64,000 nt of DNA from an uncultured Methanosarcinales archaeon (GTDB taxonomy: Archaea; Nanobdellota; Nanobdellia; Woesearchaeales; GW2011-AR15), in assembly GCA_964512765.1 (NCBI GenBank), contig CAZEKF010000003.1, positions 5,249-69,248 of the forward strand, given 5' to 3'. The notes under the pieces are model-generated. The model did not search any database. It saw only the letters and a program-made list of their open reading frames with translations, and was not told the origin of the DNA. Shown piece after piece: positions 9,840-19,833 of this stretch. A program made the translations under genes and the position numbers. Position 1 is the stretch's first letter; every line of letters starts with the position of its first letter.

Positions 9840-10994
9840 TTAAAGATTTCGATTCAGAGAATAAGTATTAAGAATATTTTGTGCTGTTCTATCCCATGTA
9901 AAATACTTCTCAGCTCTTTTCCTAGCTTTTTTTTCAAGTGATTTTCTTAGTTTGTTATCTTTCAACAATTGTACAACAGCCTCTGCAATCGCTGTACTAT
10001 TCCCTGGCTCAACTAAGACACCAGCATCACCAATCATTCGTTTAACTTCGCCAACATCACTGGCAACAATTGCTTTTCCACTTCCTAGATATTCTACAAT
10101 CTTAAGAGGTGACTTACACTCAGTGATTTTATTTTTTTCAAAACTAGCAACTGCAACGTCTGCACATGCAATATATTTAGGAATATCCTGCTTTTTAACA
10201 AAACCTGTGAATACAACACTATCTGAAATCTCAAGTTTCTCAGACAATTTAATAAGTTCTTTTAAATTAGAACCTCCACCAACAATTAACAATGAAACTT
10301 CCTTTTTTTTCTTTAAAACATCTTTAAACGCCCTAAGAACAAGTTCAACATACTGGCCACCGTGTAACTGTCCTAAATACAATACAACATTTTTCTTGAG
10401 TTTATACTTTTTCTTTACCCTATCTCCTTTTAGTTTATGACTAAACATGTCAAGGTTAACACCAACAGGTGCCATAACTATTTTATTGCGATCAAAACCT
10501 GATTTAACAGCTAATTCTCTTAACTTAAAACTCGCAACAGAAATACTATCAATAAGTTTAGGAATGCTTTGTTCCATTGTATTAATGTAAAACCCGAACA
10601 GTTTTGACGGAGGATCATGGTTATATATTTCATACTCCCAATCATCCCAGTCATAATGAACAGGTTTATTATACAAATACGCGCCAAACAATGCAGGAAA
10701 GATCGCGTTTGGAAAACATTTCTGGACATGGATAATGTCCGCCCATCTAGCATATTTTCTGAACCTTAACATGTTCTTAAAAATATGATAATTTCTCCTA
10801 CTAAACGGTATTGTTTCAAACTCTATTATCTTACCAAAACTTAAACTACCACGTTCTTTTTTTGGCAATGGAAAATATATTAGTTTAACATCGTGACCTA
10901 ATCTAGTAAAAACCTTAGCAAGTTCAATTATCCGTATTGTCCAGGGTTCTTTTAAAGAATAAATATCGTGCGGGTGTACCATTACAATTTTCAT
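9840..10994 (-). CDS. GT4-type (GT-B fold, Glycos_transf_1) glycosyltransferase
   Basis: 384 aa. The C-terminal half carries LLIVGGGSN...VVFTGFV...PLKIVEYLGSGKAIVASDVGE, an EX7E-like motif. Confidence 0.8.
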   Translation of the reverse strand: MKIVMVHPHDIYSLKEPWTIRIIELAKVFTRLGHDVKLIYFPLPKKERGSLSFGKIIEFETIPFSRRNYHIFKNMLRFRKYARWADIIHVQKCFPNAIFPALFGAYLYNKPVHYDWDDWEYEIYNHDPPSKLFGFYINTMEQSIPKLIDSISVASFKLRELAVKSGFDRNKIVMAPVGVNLDMFSHKLKGDRVKKKYKLKKNVVLYLGQLHGGQYVELVLRAFKDVLKKKKEVSLLIVGGGSNLKELIKLSEKLEISDSVVFTGFVKKQDIPKYIACADVAVASFEKNKITECKSPLKIVEYLGSGKAIVASDVGEVKRMIGDAGVLVEPGNSTAIAEAVVQLLKDNKLRKSLEKKARKRAEKYFTWDRTAQNILNTYSLNRNL

Positions 10995-11240
10995 TTTTAC
11001 TATTAACCGCCTGGCAAAAGTTTATAGCCCATTACCTTGTTCCAAAAATACAAAAATAAATCAATGCAAAGTGTAAAAATTAACAAGTAAAAGAGTAAGA
11101 TTAATCTAAGGAAAGTTTTCATGATTATTGTTCAGAATTAAACTAAATTTAAAAAAACTATGTGAACAGGAAAAACCTTATAAATGATTTTTTATTTTAG
11201 AATGGTAAAATATCGGGGGACTTAATTATAATACATAAAA

Positions 11241-11513
11241 ATGGCATCTGAGACATTAGAATCATTAAAAATAAAATCTGAATTTTACGAAAAATTGGTT
11301 CATGAAAAAAAACTGAAAAATGATTCCATGAACAAAATATTGTATGAAAAAAATAAACATATAATAGAACTTAACAGAAAAATTGAGTATCTTCTTCAGG
11401 AACAAAAATATGAAATCATAGAAATATTACAATCACTTAGAAAAAACGGTTTTGACGAGAACTTACTTTCACATTTCATTGAAAAATATGACATATCCGA
11501 AATTGACAAATGA
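11241..11513 (+). CDS. small K/E-rich coiled-coil protein, first gene of the rSAM operon
   Basis: 90 aa with heptad-like charged composition and no Cys. The stop overlaps the next start (ATGA). Confidence 0.5.
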   Translation: MASETLESLKIKSEFYEKLVHEKKLKNDSMNKILYEKNKHIIELNRKIEYLLQEQKYEIIEILQSLRKNGFDENLLSHFIEKYDISEIDK

Positions 11514-12004
11514 GAAAAAAACAATCATCAAAAATAGAAAAAGAAAGAGTATTAGAAAAAATCCAATTGTATAAAGAGACCATAAACGAACAAGATGATT
11601 ATTCTGGTCATTTAAACAAATTAATACTTGACAAAGATAAAGAAATTCAGAAGTTAGAAAGTAAGATACAGACTTTGATTAATAAACAAGAAAAAGAGTT
11701 GTACACTATTTTGAACCCTGTACTAAAAAAATTTTTAAAAGACCGTACTGCTGTTAAAGAAAAAGAACATGAAATGCAAGAGTTACATCTTAAAATTGAG
11801 TCAATTGAAGAAACACATAAGGAAATGATCCAGTCGCTTGAAGAAGAACATAAAAAAGAAATTGAAAAATATGAAAATATATTACGTAAAGAAAGAAAAA
11901 CTATTGGTGAGTTTAAATCATCAATATCTTACCCAATATACCAAATGTCTAGTTCTATGGGAAGAACTCAACTCGGGAAGGTTCTTCAGAAACTTTTAAA
12001 ATAG
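11510..12004 (+). CDS. K/E-rich coiled-coil protein
   Basis: 164 aa with long predicted coiled-coil segments (KEIQKLESKIQTLINKQEKEL, EEEHKKEIEKYENILRKERK) and no Cys. Confidence 0.5.
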   Translation: MRKKQSSKIEKERVLEKIQLYKETINEQDDYSGHLNKLILDKDKEIQKLESKIQTLINKQEKELYTILNPVLKKFLKDRTAVKEKEHEMQELHLKIESIEETHKEMIQSLEEEHKKEIEKYENILRKERKTIGEFKSSISYPIYQMSSSMGRTQLGKVLQKLLK

Positions 12005-12056
12005 TCAATAATATTTATAAATCATCAGAATTGATTTAGTCAGGGGGAGATATGTT

Positions 12057-13601
12057 TTGTTAAAGAAATTAGTGTATAAAACTAGTAAGAATAAAGAGTC
12101 TCTTGTTATACTTGGACATAATGCTGAACTGCACGATAGAATTTGTAAAACACAAGGTGATTTTGAATCTAAACTTGAAAATTTAAAAACAACATTATCT
12201 CAACCAATAACAATAGGAATTACAAGACATAATTTCTTTCTATTAGGAGAAATAATTGACTTCATTAACAAGTTCTATTATCAAGAAACTATGTTCAGGA
12301 AAGTTAAAATAACACTTTTCCCTGTGCAAGAACTAAAAACTAATTTCCTCGCATATCTAAAATACCTTAAACAAAAGTCTGGAGATAAGTTCGAGTTCAA
12401 GATAATGGACTCAAAATTGATTGAGTTGTTTGAAACTTTAGGAAATAATTCAACAGGTGATAAATATCAAGACAGAGAACTAATTAGACTGCTCGGAATT
12501 ATATCAGAACATACGTTCATTGGCCCTGAACAAATTGTAATAGATCCATTTCATAAATGTAATACTAATTGTGTACATTGTTGGAACCATGCGCCTACAT
12601 TAGATCTTACAAAAGAATGGAAAGATCAAATATTGAAACCTGATTTTTTAAAACGTTTAATAGACGACGCTGCCAGGTTAAAAGTTGATCTGTTAGTGTT
12701 CGGCGGTGCAGGTGAACCATTAATGTATCCGAAAATAATCGAAATATTTGAATACGCGTCTCAACAAGGGTTAAAGATTATTGTGTCTACCAATGGTATT
12801 AACTTAACAAAAACCATGACAAACAGGTTGTTAAATTGTAACCTGTCAGAGTTAATATGCAGTCTGCCTGCTGCTTCTAATGCAACATATGAAAAAGTTA
12901 ATCCCATGCATAAAAGTAAAAAAACTTTTGAAACAGTAGTTAAGAATCTTAAATATTTCACCAAACAAAAAACATTACTTAGCAAAAAATCAAAACTTAG
13001 CATGTACCATGTAATACATAACCTTAACTACCATGAGATTAAAAACATGGCAAAGCTTGACCTTGATATAGGTGTTGACATTGTTAGATTTAATTTAATT
13101 AGATTACAAAAAGAATTCATGCACTTGAAACTTAACAAAGCTCAATTGAATTCAATAAAAAACAGTATTGATTTTGTTAAAGCATATTACACAAATAAAC
13201 CAATAATATTACAAAACAATATACATTTCCAGATCAAGAATTTCAAGCCAGAAACAGGTGAATGGTCAGGTTCAATATTAAATGACTGGGGTTGTAAGCT
13301 TGGCTGGTTTTTTTCGTTAGTATTAGCGTCCGGCCAGTTAAGCTTGTGCTGCCATGTTAGAGAGATTGAAAATTTGAAAAATAACAATAGTTTCAAAGAA
13401 GCATGGCTTTCAAAACAATACTCAGATTACAGGTTCAAAGCTAAATATATTAAAAATCATAAAAATACAGAGTTTAAAAATAAAGTAAAGTTGTATGATG
13501 ATAAATGTGAAAATTGTGATAATCATGTTACTTTAATAAAAATTGAAGAAAAAATAAAAAAATACAATCTTGGAGAATTTTTTGAGTATAATGGCAGCTA
13601 A
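12057..13601 (+). CDS. radical SAM protein with an N-terminal extension of about 165 aa (array head gene, outlier)
   Basis: TTG start preceded by GGGGGAG. Motifs DPFHKCNTNCVHCWNH, FGGAGEPLMYP and STNG. C-terminal GCKLGWFFSLVLASGQLSLCC (Cx12Gx4C) and CENC. Confidence 0.8.
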   Translation: MLKKLVYKTSKNKESLVILGHNAELHDRICKTQGDFESKLENLKTTLSQPITIGITRHNFFLLGEIIDFINKFYYQETMFRKVKITLFPVQELKTNFLAYLKYLKQKSGDKFEFKIMDSKLIELFETLGNNSTGDKYQDRELIRLLGIISEHTFIGPEQIVIDPFHKCNTNCVHCWNHAPTLDLTKEWKDQILKPDFLKRLIDDAARLKVDLLVFGGAGEPLMYPKIIEIFEYASQQGLKIIVSTNGINLTKTMTNRLLNCNLSELICSLPAASNATYEKVNPMHKSKKTFETVVKNLKYFTKQKTLLSKKSKLSMYHVIHNLNYHEIKNMAKLDLDIGVDIVRFNLIRLQKEFMHLKLNKAQLNSIKNSIDFVKAYYTNKPIILQNNIHFQIKNFKPETGEWSGSILNDWGCKLGWFFSLVLASGQLSLCCHVREIENLKNNNSFKEAWLSKQYSDYRFKAKYIKNHKNTEFKNKVKLYDDKCENCDNHVTLIKIEEKIKKYNLGEFFEYNGS

Positions 13602-15759
13602 GACCGAAATTAATGCGCATGTAATATCTAAGCTTTTAGATAGAATTAATAATAATACAAAACAAAACTTTGTTTTGCCAAAAAAATACGTGTTTTGTAT
13701 AAATGATTCATGTTCATTCAGGTGCAAAATGTGTTTCAACTGGACTAATAAACCCCACCCTGAGTTAACATATGATGACTGGATAAGGAAACTCGAAGAA
13801 ATAAATGAATATGGTTCTGAAAATGTTGAGATTAACATTATTGGTGGTGAACCTTTAGAAATACCTTGGGTGATTGATTTAATAAAACACGCGAAACAAC
13901 TAGGTTTTATTGTAAGTTTGTCAACAAACGGGTATCATCTTAATAAAACAATGGTTAAGAAATTGTGTAACTCTGGTCTTGATGATATATCCATCTCATT
14001 AGACGGGTTTAAAGCGTCCACGCATGACTATGTAAGAGGCATAAATGGATCTTATGATAAACTTATGGAAGGTATGAAACTGTTACAATTGTATTCAAAC
14101 AGGCCTAGAATAAACATTCAAACTTTAATCATGGGATATAACATAGATGAAATTATAGATTTAACAAAGTTTGTTTCAAAATCAAAATTAGTTGATAAGG
14201 GAATAACGTTCATGGCTGTAATGAAACCTAATGATAATGTTTCTGGTAACTGGAGAACGAATTCTGAACTATGGCCAAAAGATATACCTAAAACACTAAA
14301 GACAATTAAAAAATTAATAGAGTTGAAGAAGAAAGGTTACAGAATCCTTAACTCAAATAAACAGTTAAAGGGATTTTATAATTATTTTAAAGAGCCTGAT
14401 TTGTTTGTTAAAAACAAACCATGTAATGTTAAAGATTTTGGCGCGTTCCTTGAAACAACCGGAAATGTATACATATGCCGAGAACTAGGTGAATTAGGAA
14501 ATATTAAACAAGAAAACATAATTGATGTTCTTAATTCTGACATTTCAGATATTACAAGACTAAGCATGGAAAAATGCACAGAAAATTGTAATTATCTAAT
14601 AAACTGTTTTTACCAGGACGAAGATGAAAATAATGATCCTGTTGTAAGTGTAACAAAACCTGTTAGTAAATCTGTATTACTACAACCAGACAAAAAAATT
14701 AAGTTACATACTAACCTGAAAAACGAATTACTCAATAAAAGTTACAAACCTAATTTCTGCTTGTTAATTATATCTAGGGGGTGTCATTACAAGTGTAAGA
14801 TGTGCAATTATTGGAAAGAAGATAAAAAAACTACTCCAACGTTAACTTATGACGAAATAACTACTATTGTTGATGATCTCAAAAGAATAACTGACGAAGA
14901 TATTGTTGTTCATTTAATAGGCGGTGAGTCAATGCTGTTCCCAAGGTTTGTTGATGTTGTAAAATACATACGGTCAAAAGGGTTCAGGTGTTCAGTTTCT
15001 ACTAACGCAAGTTTATTAACAAAGTCAATGGCTAAAAAATTAATAGACGCTGACATGACAGGAATTTTTGTATCCTTGGACAGTCTTGATGAAAAAAAGC
15101 ATGATTATTTACGAGGTACAAAAGGCGCGTATAAAAAAGTAATGAACGCTATTGATAACTTGTACGAGTACAAGGAAAAGGTGAAATCAAAGTTATGCAT
15201 TGGCGTAACTGTTACTATTATGCAACACAATCTCCATGATGTTATCCCAATTGTTGACTGGGCAAATGATAACCCTAAGATAAATGATGTTTTTTTTAAC
15301 GCTGTCATGCAACCGTTTGAAAATCAAGACCAGTCAAAAGACTGGTATAAAAAAGAACAGTATGAAATGATCTGGCCGCAAGATCTTAACGAAGTTCAAG
15401 AAGTTATTGAACAATTAAGAGAGCGTAAGAAAAAAGGTTGGAAAATATCTAACCCTTCATCTCAATTAAAAGTTGTTAAACAATATTTCAAAACACCGTG
15501 GAGTTATGTGAAAAATCTTGGTATTAAATGTCCGAGGGGTGATTTAGCATTAGAAGTTGACGCTTGTGGTAATATTAACATGTGTTTTTATGACGACCCA
15601 ATCGGTAACATTAGAGAAACTAACCTGTACAATGCATGGTATTCACAAAAAATGTTAGAAATCAGGGAAAGGATTAACACTTGCAGTAAAGACTGTGATC
15701 TTGCAGTGAACTGCTTTTACATGTTAAAAAATATTACAGATTATATTAGTGAGGATTGA
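13570..15759 (+). CDS. fused double radical SAM protein (two complete family modules, subgroup D)
   Basis: Module 1 has INDSCSFRCKMCFNW, IIGGEPLE and CTENCNYLINC. Module 2 has ISRGCHYKCKMCNYW, LIGGESML and CSKDCDLAVNC. The ATG at 13591 is a more likely start than the TTG at 13570. Confidence 0.85.
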   Translation: MENFLSIMAAKTEINAHVISKLLDRINNNTKQNFVLPKKYVFCINDSCSFRCKMCFNWTNKPHPELTYDDWIRKLEEINEYGSENVEINIIGGEPLEIPWVIDLIKHAKQLGFIVSLSTNGYHLNKTMVKKLCNSGLDDISISLDGFKASTHDYVRGINGSYDKLMEGMKLLQLYSNRPRINIQTLIMGYNIDEIIDLTKFVSKSKLVDKGITFMAVMKPNDNVSGNWRTNSELWPKDIPKTLKTIKKLIELKKKGYRILNSNKQLKGFYNYFKEPDLFVKNKPCNVKDFGAFLETTGNVYICRELGELGNIKQENIIDVLNSDISDITRLSMEKCTENCNYLINCFYQDEDENNDPVVSVTKPVSKSVLLQPDKKIKLHTNLKNELLNKSYKPNFCLLIISRGCHYKCKMCNYWKEDKKTTPTLTYDEITTIVDDLKRITDEDIVVHLIGGESMLFPRFVDVVKYIRSKGFRCSVSTNASLLTKSMAKKLIDADMTGIFVSLDSLDEKKHDYLRGTKGAYKKVMNAIDNLYEYKEKVKSKLCIGVTVTIMQHNLHDVIPIVDWANDNPKINDVFFNAVMQPFENQDQSKDWYKKEQYEMIWPQDLNEVQEVIEQLRERKKKGWKISNPSSQLKVVKQYFKTPWSYVKNLGIKCPRGDLALEVDACGNINMCFYDDPIGNIRETNLYNAWYSQKMLEIRERINTCSKDCDLAVNCFYMLKNITDYISED

Positions 15760-15765
15760 AAACTT

Positions 15766-16746
15766 ATGAAACAATTATTAAAATCTCCTGAACTAGTTGA
15801 GATAGTCCTTAACTATAACTGTAATTTAAAGTGTAGAATGTGTTATATTTGGAAAAGTAAAGCATTGGCAAATATTTCAATAGCTAGTTTAAAAAAAGTG
15901 ATTGACCAGATTTCTTTGTTCAAAAATAAACCAAAAATTCAGTTCTTAGGCGGTGAAACATTATTATATAAAGACCTGGTAACTGCAATTAAACATGCAT
16001 CTTATAATAAAATAAAAACTTCTGTAATAACAAACGGATTTCTACTAACAAAAGAAAAAATAATTGAGTTATCAGAAGCTGGGTTGTCAGAGATTATTCT
16101 GTCACTGGACTCGACTGATGAAAAAGTACATAATTATTTAAGGGGAAATTCGAAAAGTTATGAAAAAGTTATGAATGCTCTTACCCTGTTAAAAAAGCAC
16201 GGGCCTAGCATTAATGTGTCAATAAACTCAGTTATTACTGCTGTGAATTTGTACAATTTGATAGATTTGCACAAGTATGTTCTAAAAAAGGATCATATAT
16301 CACAGAATTATTTTGTTGTGCTTGAAAAACCGTACAATTCTAATTACAAACATAACTGGAGACATTCAAGCCCTGTTTCATATCTATGGCCGGATGATAT
16401 AAACTTGGTTAACCAGGTGTTTAACGAATTAATAAAGCTAAAACAAGAAACTAATAAAATAGGTAACACTAAATCACAGTTAAAGAAATACAAATCATAC
16501 TATCTTAACCCAGATAATTTCATTAAAAAATCTGGGTGTATGTTTGGTCATGACCATGTACTAATTAACAACAAAGGTGAAGTTTCGTTATGCGGCGGAA
16601 GCAAAGAAATTGGTAAAATTAATTCAGAAAACATTATTGAGTTATGGAACTCTGACAAAGCAAAAGTACGTAGAAAAGAAATGTTAAACTGTAAACAAAA
16701 CTGTGTCCAGATTTTAAGTTGCGTGTATAAAGATGAAGATGCTTAA
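15766..16746 (+). CDS. radical SAM / partial-SPASM paralog, subgroup A
   Basis: Motifs NYNCNLKCRMCYIW, LGGETLLYKDL, ITNG, LEKPYNSNYKHNW...YLWP, GCMFGHDHVLINNKGEVSLC and CKQNCVQILSC. Confidence 0.88.
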   Translation: MKQLLKSPELVEIVLNYNCNLKCRMCYIWKSKALANISIASLKKVIDQISLFKNKPKIQFLGGETLLYKDLVTAIKHASYNKIKTSVITNGFLLTKEKIIELSEAGLSEIILSLDSTDEKVHNYLRGNSKSYEKVMNALTLLKKHGPSINVSINSVITAVNLYNLIDLHKYVLKKDHISQNYFVVLEKPYNSNYKHNWRHSSPVSYLWPDDINLVNQVFNELIKLKQETNKIGNTKSQLKKYKSYYLNPDNFIKKSGCMFGHDHVLINNKGEVSLCGGSKEIGKINSENIIELWNSDKAKVRRKEMLNCKQNCVQILSCVYKDEDA

Positions 16747-17761
16747 CAAATTAATAGGAAAAACCAAGAAAAAGATAATCCAAATAGAACCGCATCTTGA
16801 AAGTGTATCTATTGTAGTCACTAACATGTGCAATTTTAAGTGTAAGATATGCAATTTCTGGAAAAATACTAACAAAGAAGAAATATCTATTACTGATTTA
16901 AAGAAAATTCTTGACAGTGTAGAAAAATTAAATAACGATAAGTTAGTTGTACAGTTCCACGGCGGTGAAACATTATTATATAAAGATTTGATCAAAGCTG
17001 TCCAGTACGCTACGTCTAAAGGTATAAAAACGTCTATTGTTACAAACGGATATTTTCTTAATGAGGAAAAAATTAACCAGTTAAGCAATGCAGGATTGCA
17101 TGATTTAAACATATCTCTTGATTCTATTAACAAGAACCATCATACTTTTCTTAGAGGAATACCGAACAGTCATGATAAAATAATGGATTGTATTAATTAT
17201 ATGAATAATCATCCAGAGAAACTTAATGCTAACATCAACACAGTTATTACCTCTGTTAATATAAAGAGTATTATTGCAACTTCTAGGTTTGTAAATCATC
17301 AAAAAGGTCTGAAAAACATTTATTTTATAGCTTTAGAAAAACCGTATCTAACAAATTATGACAAGAACTGGAGAAAAACAAAACAAGTTGGTTATCTCTG
17401 GCCAAAAGATAAGAAACTAATTAAGAACGTGTTCAAAAATCTTATTACTGAAAAAAAACAAAACAATAAAATCAGTAACTCTATCACACAATTAAAAAAA
17501 TATTGTTCGTATTACTTAAACCCAAGCAAGAACCTGGCAACTCATGACTGTATTTTCGGATACCTTCATTTACATATAAACAGTCTAGGCCAGTTCAGGT
17601 TATGTGCAAACAGGCATGATCTTGATCCAATCGGATTTTTGCCAGAATCTAATATTTACGACGCATGGAAGTCTGGTAAAGCGCAATGGATCAGGAAAAG
17701 AATGCAAGAATGCAAACAAAATTGTGTGTTAAATTTAAGTTGTGTGTATAAAGATGAGTAA
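16733..17761 (+). CDS. radical SAM / partial-SPASM paralog, subgroup A
   Basis: Motifs TNMCNFKCKICNFW, HGGETLLYKDL, LEKPYLTNYDKNW...YLWP and CKQNCVLNLSC. Confidence 0.88.
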   Translation: MKMLNKLIGKTKKKIIQIEPHLESVSIVVTNMCNFKCKICNFWKNTNKEEISITDLKKILDSVEKLNNDKLVVQFHGGETLLYKDLIKAVQYATSKGIKTSIVTNGYFLNEEKINQLSNAGLHDLNISLDSINKNHHTFLRGIPNSHDKIMDCINYMNNHPEKLNANINTVITSVNIKSIIATSRFVNHQKGLKNIYFIALEKPYLTNYDKNWRKTKQVGYLWPKDKKLIKNVFKNLITEKKQNNKISNSITQLKKYCSYYLNPSKNLATHDCIFGYLHLHINSLGQFRLCANRHDLDPIGFLPESNIYDAWKSGKAQWIRKRMQECKQNCVLNLSCVYKDE

Positions 17762-18827
17762 CAGGTTAAAATTATTTCAAAAAATGTATAATCTTACTAA
17801 AAAACCAGATATCTTTTCACAAGATAATTTAACAGAACCATTACCTGCTCCAAGACATGTGTTAGTAGTGTTGCATAATTATTGCAATTTTAAGTGTAAG
17901 ATGTGTAAAGTATGGGACAAAAAAGATTCTGAAAAAATGTCTTTAAAAACATTGTATAAAATAATAAAAGACATTAGTAAATTCAAGAGTAAAGATTTAA
18001 TACTTCATTTTATTGGCGGTGAAACTTTGTTGTTCAAAGACCTTGATAAAGCTATCGCGTATGCTATGCGTAACAGGTTAACTGTTGATATCACTACAAA
18101 TGGGTATGCTCTTAATAAAAATAAAATAATAGCATTGTCTGAAGCAGGTTTAAGAAATATTAATCTTTCCCTTGATTCAAATGAAAAAGAAGTTCATAAT
18201 GAATTAAGAGGTGTCAAGGATAGTTATCAAAAAATTATGAAAGCTATTCCTCTTCTTGGAAAATACGGGAAAAACATTAATGTTAGCATTAATACAGTTA
18301 TTAATTCATTAAACCTTTCCACATTAATCTCGTTATGTAAATATGTTAAACAGGAAAAACATCTTAAAAATTTATATTTTATTGCAATGGAAAAACCGTT
18401 TGAATCAAATTATGATAATGATTGGAGAAAAACAAGCGATGTTGCATATCTATGGCCAGATAATCCAGATAAAATTAATTATGTTTTTGATGCATTGGTC
18501 AAAGAAACGCAAATTAATGAAAAAATTGGGAACACAGTTTCCCAGTTAAACGCGTATAAAAGTTATTACATTCACCCTGATAAATTCATAAAAAAGCTCG
18601 GGTGCAGGTCAGGTTGCACAAACCTTGAGATTAACATGCTCGGTGAAATTTTTCTTTGTGTCCCTAACCCAAAACTTGGAAGATTAGGTAACATTGATTC
18701 AGAAAACATAGTTCAGTTATGGAACTCAGAAAAGGCTTTCCTAATAAGGCAGGAAATGATGTTATGCAAGAATAATTGTTTGCAAGTGTTAAGCTGTGGC
18801 GAGTATGATGAAGAGGTGTTGACATAA
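17742..18827 (+). CDS. radical SAM / partial-SPASM paralog, subgroup A
   Basis: Motifs HNYCNFKCKMCKVW, IGGETLLFKDL, MEKPFESNYDNDW...YLWP and CKNNCLQVLSC. An alternative ATG at 17754 is in frame. Confidence 0.88.
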   Translation: MCIKMSNRLKLFQKMYNLTKKPDIFSQDNLTEPLPAPRHVLVVLHNYCNFKCKMCKVWDKKDSEKMSLKTLYKIIKDISKFKSKDLILHFIGGETLLFKDLDKAIAYAMRNRLTVDITTNGYALNKNKIIALSEAGLRNINLSLDSNEKEVHNELRGVKDSYQKIMKAIPLLGKYGKNINVSINTVINSLNLSTLISLCKYVKQEKHLKNLYFIAMEKPFESNYDNDWRKTSDVAYLWPDNPDKINYVFDALVKETQINEKIGNTVSQLNAYKSYYIHPDKFIKKLGCRSGCTNLEINMLGEIFLCVPNPKLGRLGNIDSENIVQLWNSEKAFLIRQEMMLCKNNCLQVLSCGEYDEEVLT

Positions 18828-18831
18828 AAAA

Positions 18832-19833
18832 ATGATATTAAAAAAAGGTTTAATGTCTAAACAATCTTTATCAGATAAAATTAATGTTTACATATACTTT
18901 GACAAAGCTTGTTTGTTTAAATGCAAACATTGTTTTTTATGGAAAAAAGATATTGGGTTTAACACGATAAAAACTAATGATTGGATGATGATTTTAGAAG
19001 ATATTTTTAGTTTGTTTCACAGCAATATCAGAGTCTGTTTAGGCGGAGATGGTATGTCCCTTACAGAAGAACTGTTCTTTCCAATTATTAAAAAATGTAC
19101 TGAACTTGGTTTTGAAACTGAGTTAGCATCAAATTGTTATCTAATCAATGATAAAATACTTAAGAAATTAATTGCATACGGACTTGACACACTTGTAATT
19201 TCACTTGACTATTTAACAGAAGAAAAACACGATCTTCAGAGAGGTGTCCAAGGAAGTTATCGTCATGCTATTAAGATAATTAAAAAGAGTAAAAAACTTC
19301 CTTTAAAGATTCAATCTAACTGTATCATTATGAAACCAAATCTTGATGAGATAATACCACTTGCAAAAAAAATTGCTTCAATTAATAATGAAATTACACT
19401 TCATTTCCAGGCATTAGTACAACCTTTCAATACAGAATGCAATGAAAACTGGCATGAAACGTTTAGTGATTTATGGCCAAATAACGACACAACTGTCCTT
19501 GAAGTACTTGATGAGTTAATTAAATTAAAAATGTCAGGATATAAAATAGGTAATAACACAGACCAGATCAACTCTTTTAAATCTTATTTTAAAGATCCTA
19601 GTAAAAGCATAAGAACAAAATGTAATGTTAAAGATGTTAGTTTTCACATTCATTCTAACGGAAGATTACGAAAATGTGATTATATGGAAGATATTGGTTT
19701 TATTAATAAAGACAATTCTTTTAAGGATTTAATATTTTCAAACCAGTATAAAAAAGTCACTGAAAAAATGAGGAACTGTACAAAAAATTGTATATTAATG
19801 GTGAATTGTAACTATGAAAAAGAAAAAAGTTAA
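18832..19833 (+). CDS. radical SAM / partial-SPASM paralog, subgroup B
   Basis: Motifs DKACLFKCKHCFLW, LGGDGMSL, IIMKPNLDE, QALVQPFN...LWP and CTKNCILMVNC. Confidence 0.88.
   Translation: MILKKGLMSKQSLSDKINVYIYFDKACLFKCKHCFLWKKDIGFNTIKTNDWMMILEDIFSLFHSNIRVCLGGDGMSLTEELFFPIIKKCTELGFETELASNCYLINDKILKKLIAYGLDTLVISLDYLTEEKHDLQRGVQGSYRHAIKIIKKSKKLPLKIQSNCIIMKPNLDEIIPLAKKIASINNEITLHFQALVQPFNTECNENWHETFSDLWPNNDTTVLEVLDELIKLKMSGYKIGNNTDQINSFKSYFKDPSKSIRTKCNVKDVSFHIHSNGRLRKCDYMEDIGFINKDNSFKDLIFSNQYKKVTEKMRNCTKNCILMVNCNYEKEKS

Noticed and set aside
11080-11121. Apparent small hydrophobic ORF on the minus strand in the divergent promoter region.
   Set aside because: Careful re-translation gives only 13 codons (MKTFLRLSYSFTC) before a stop. 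My first reading contained a transcription error.
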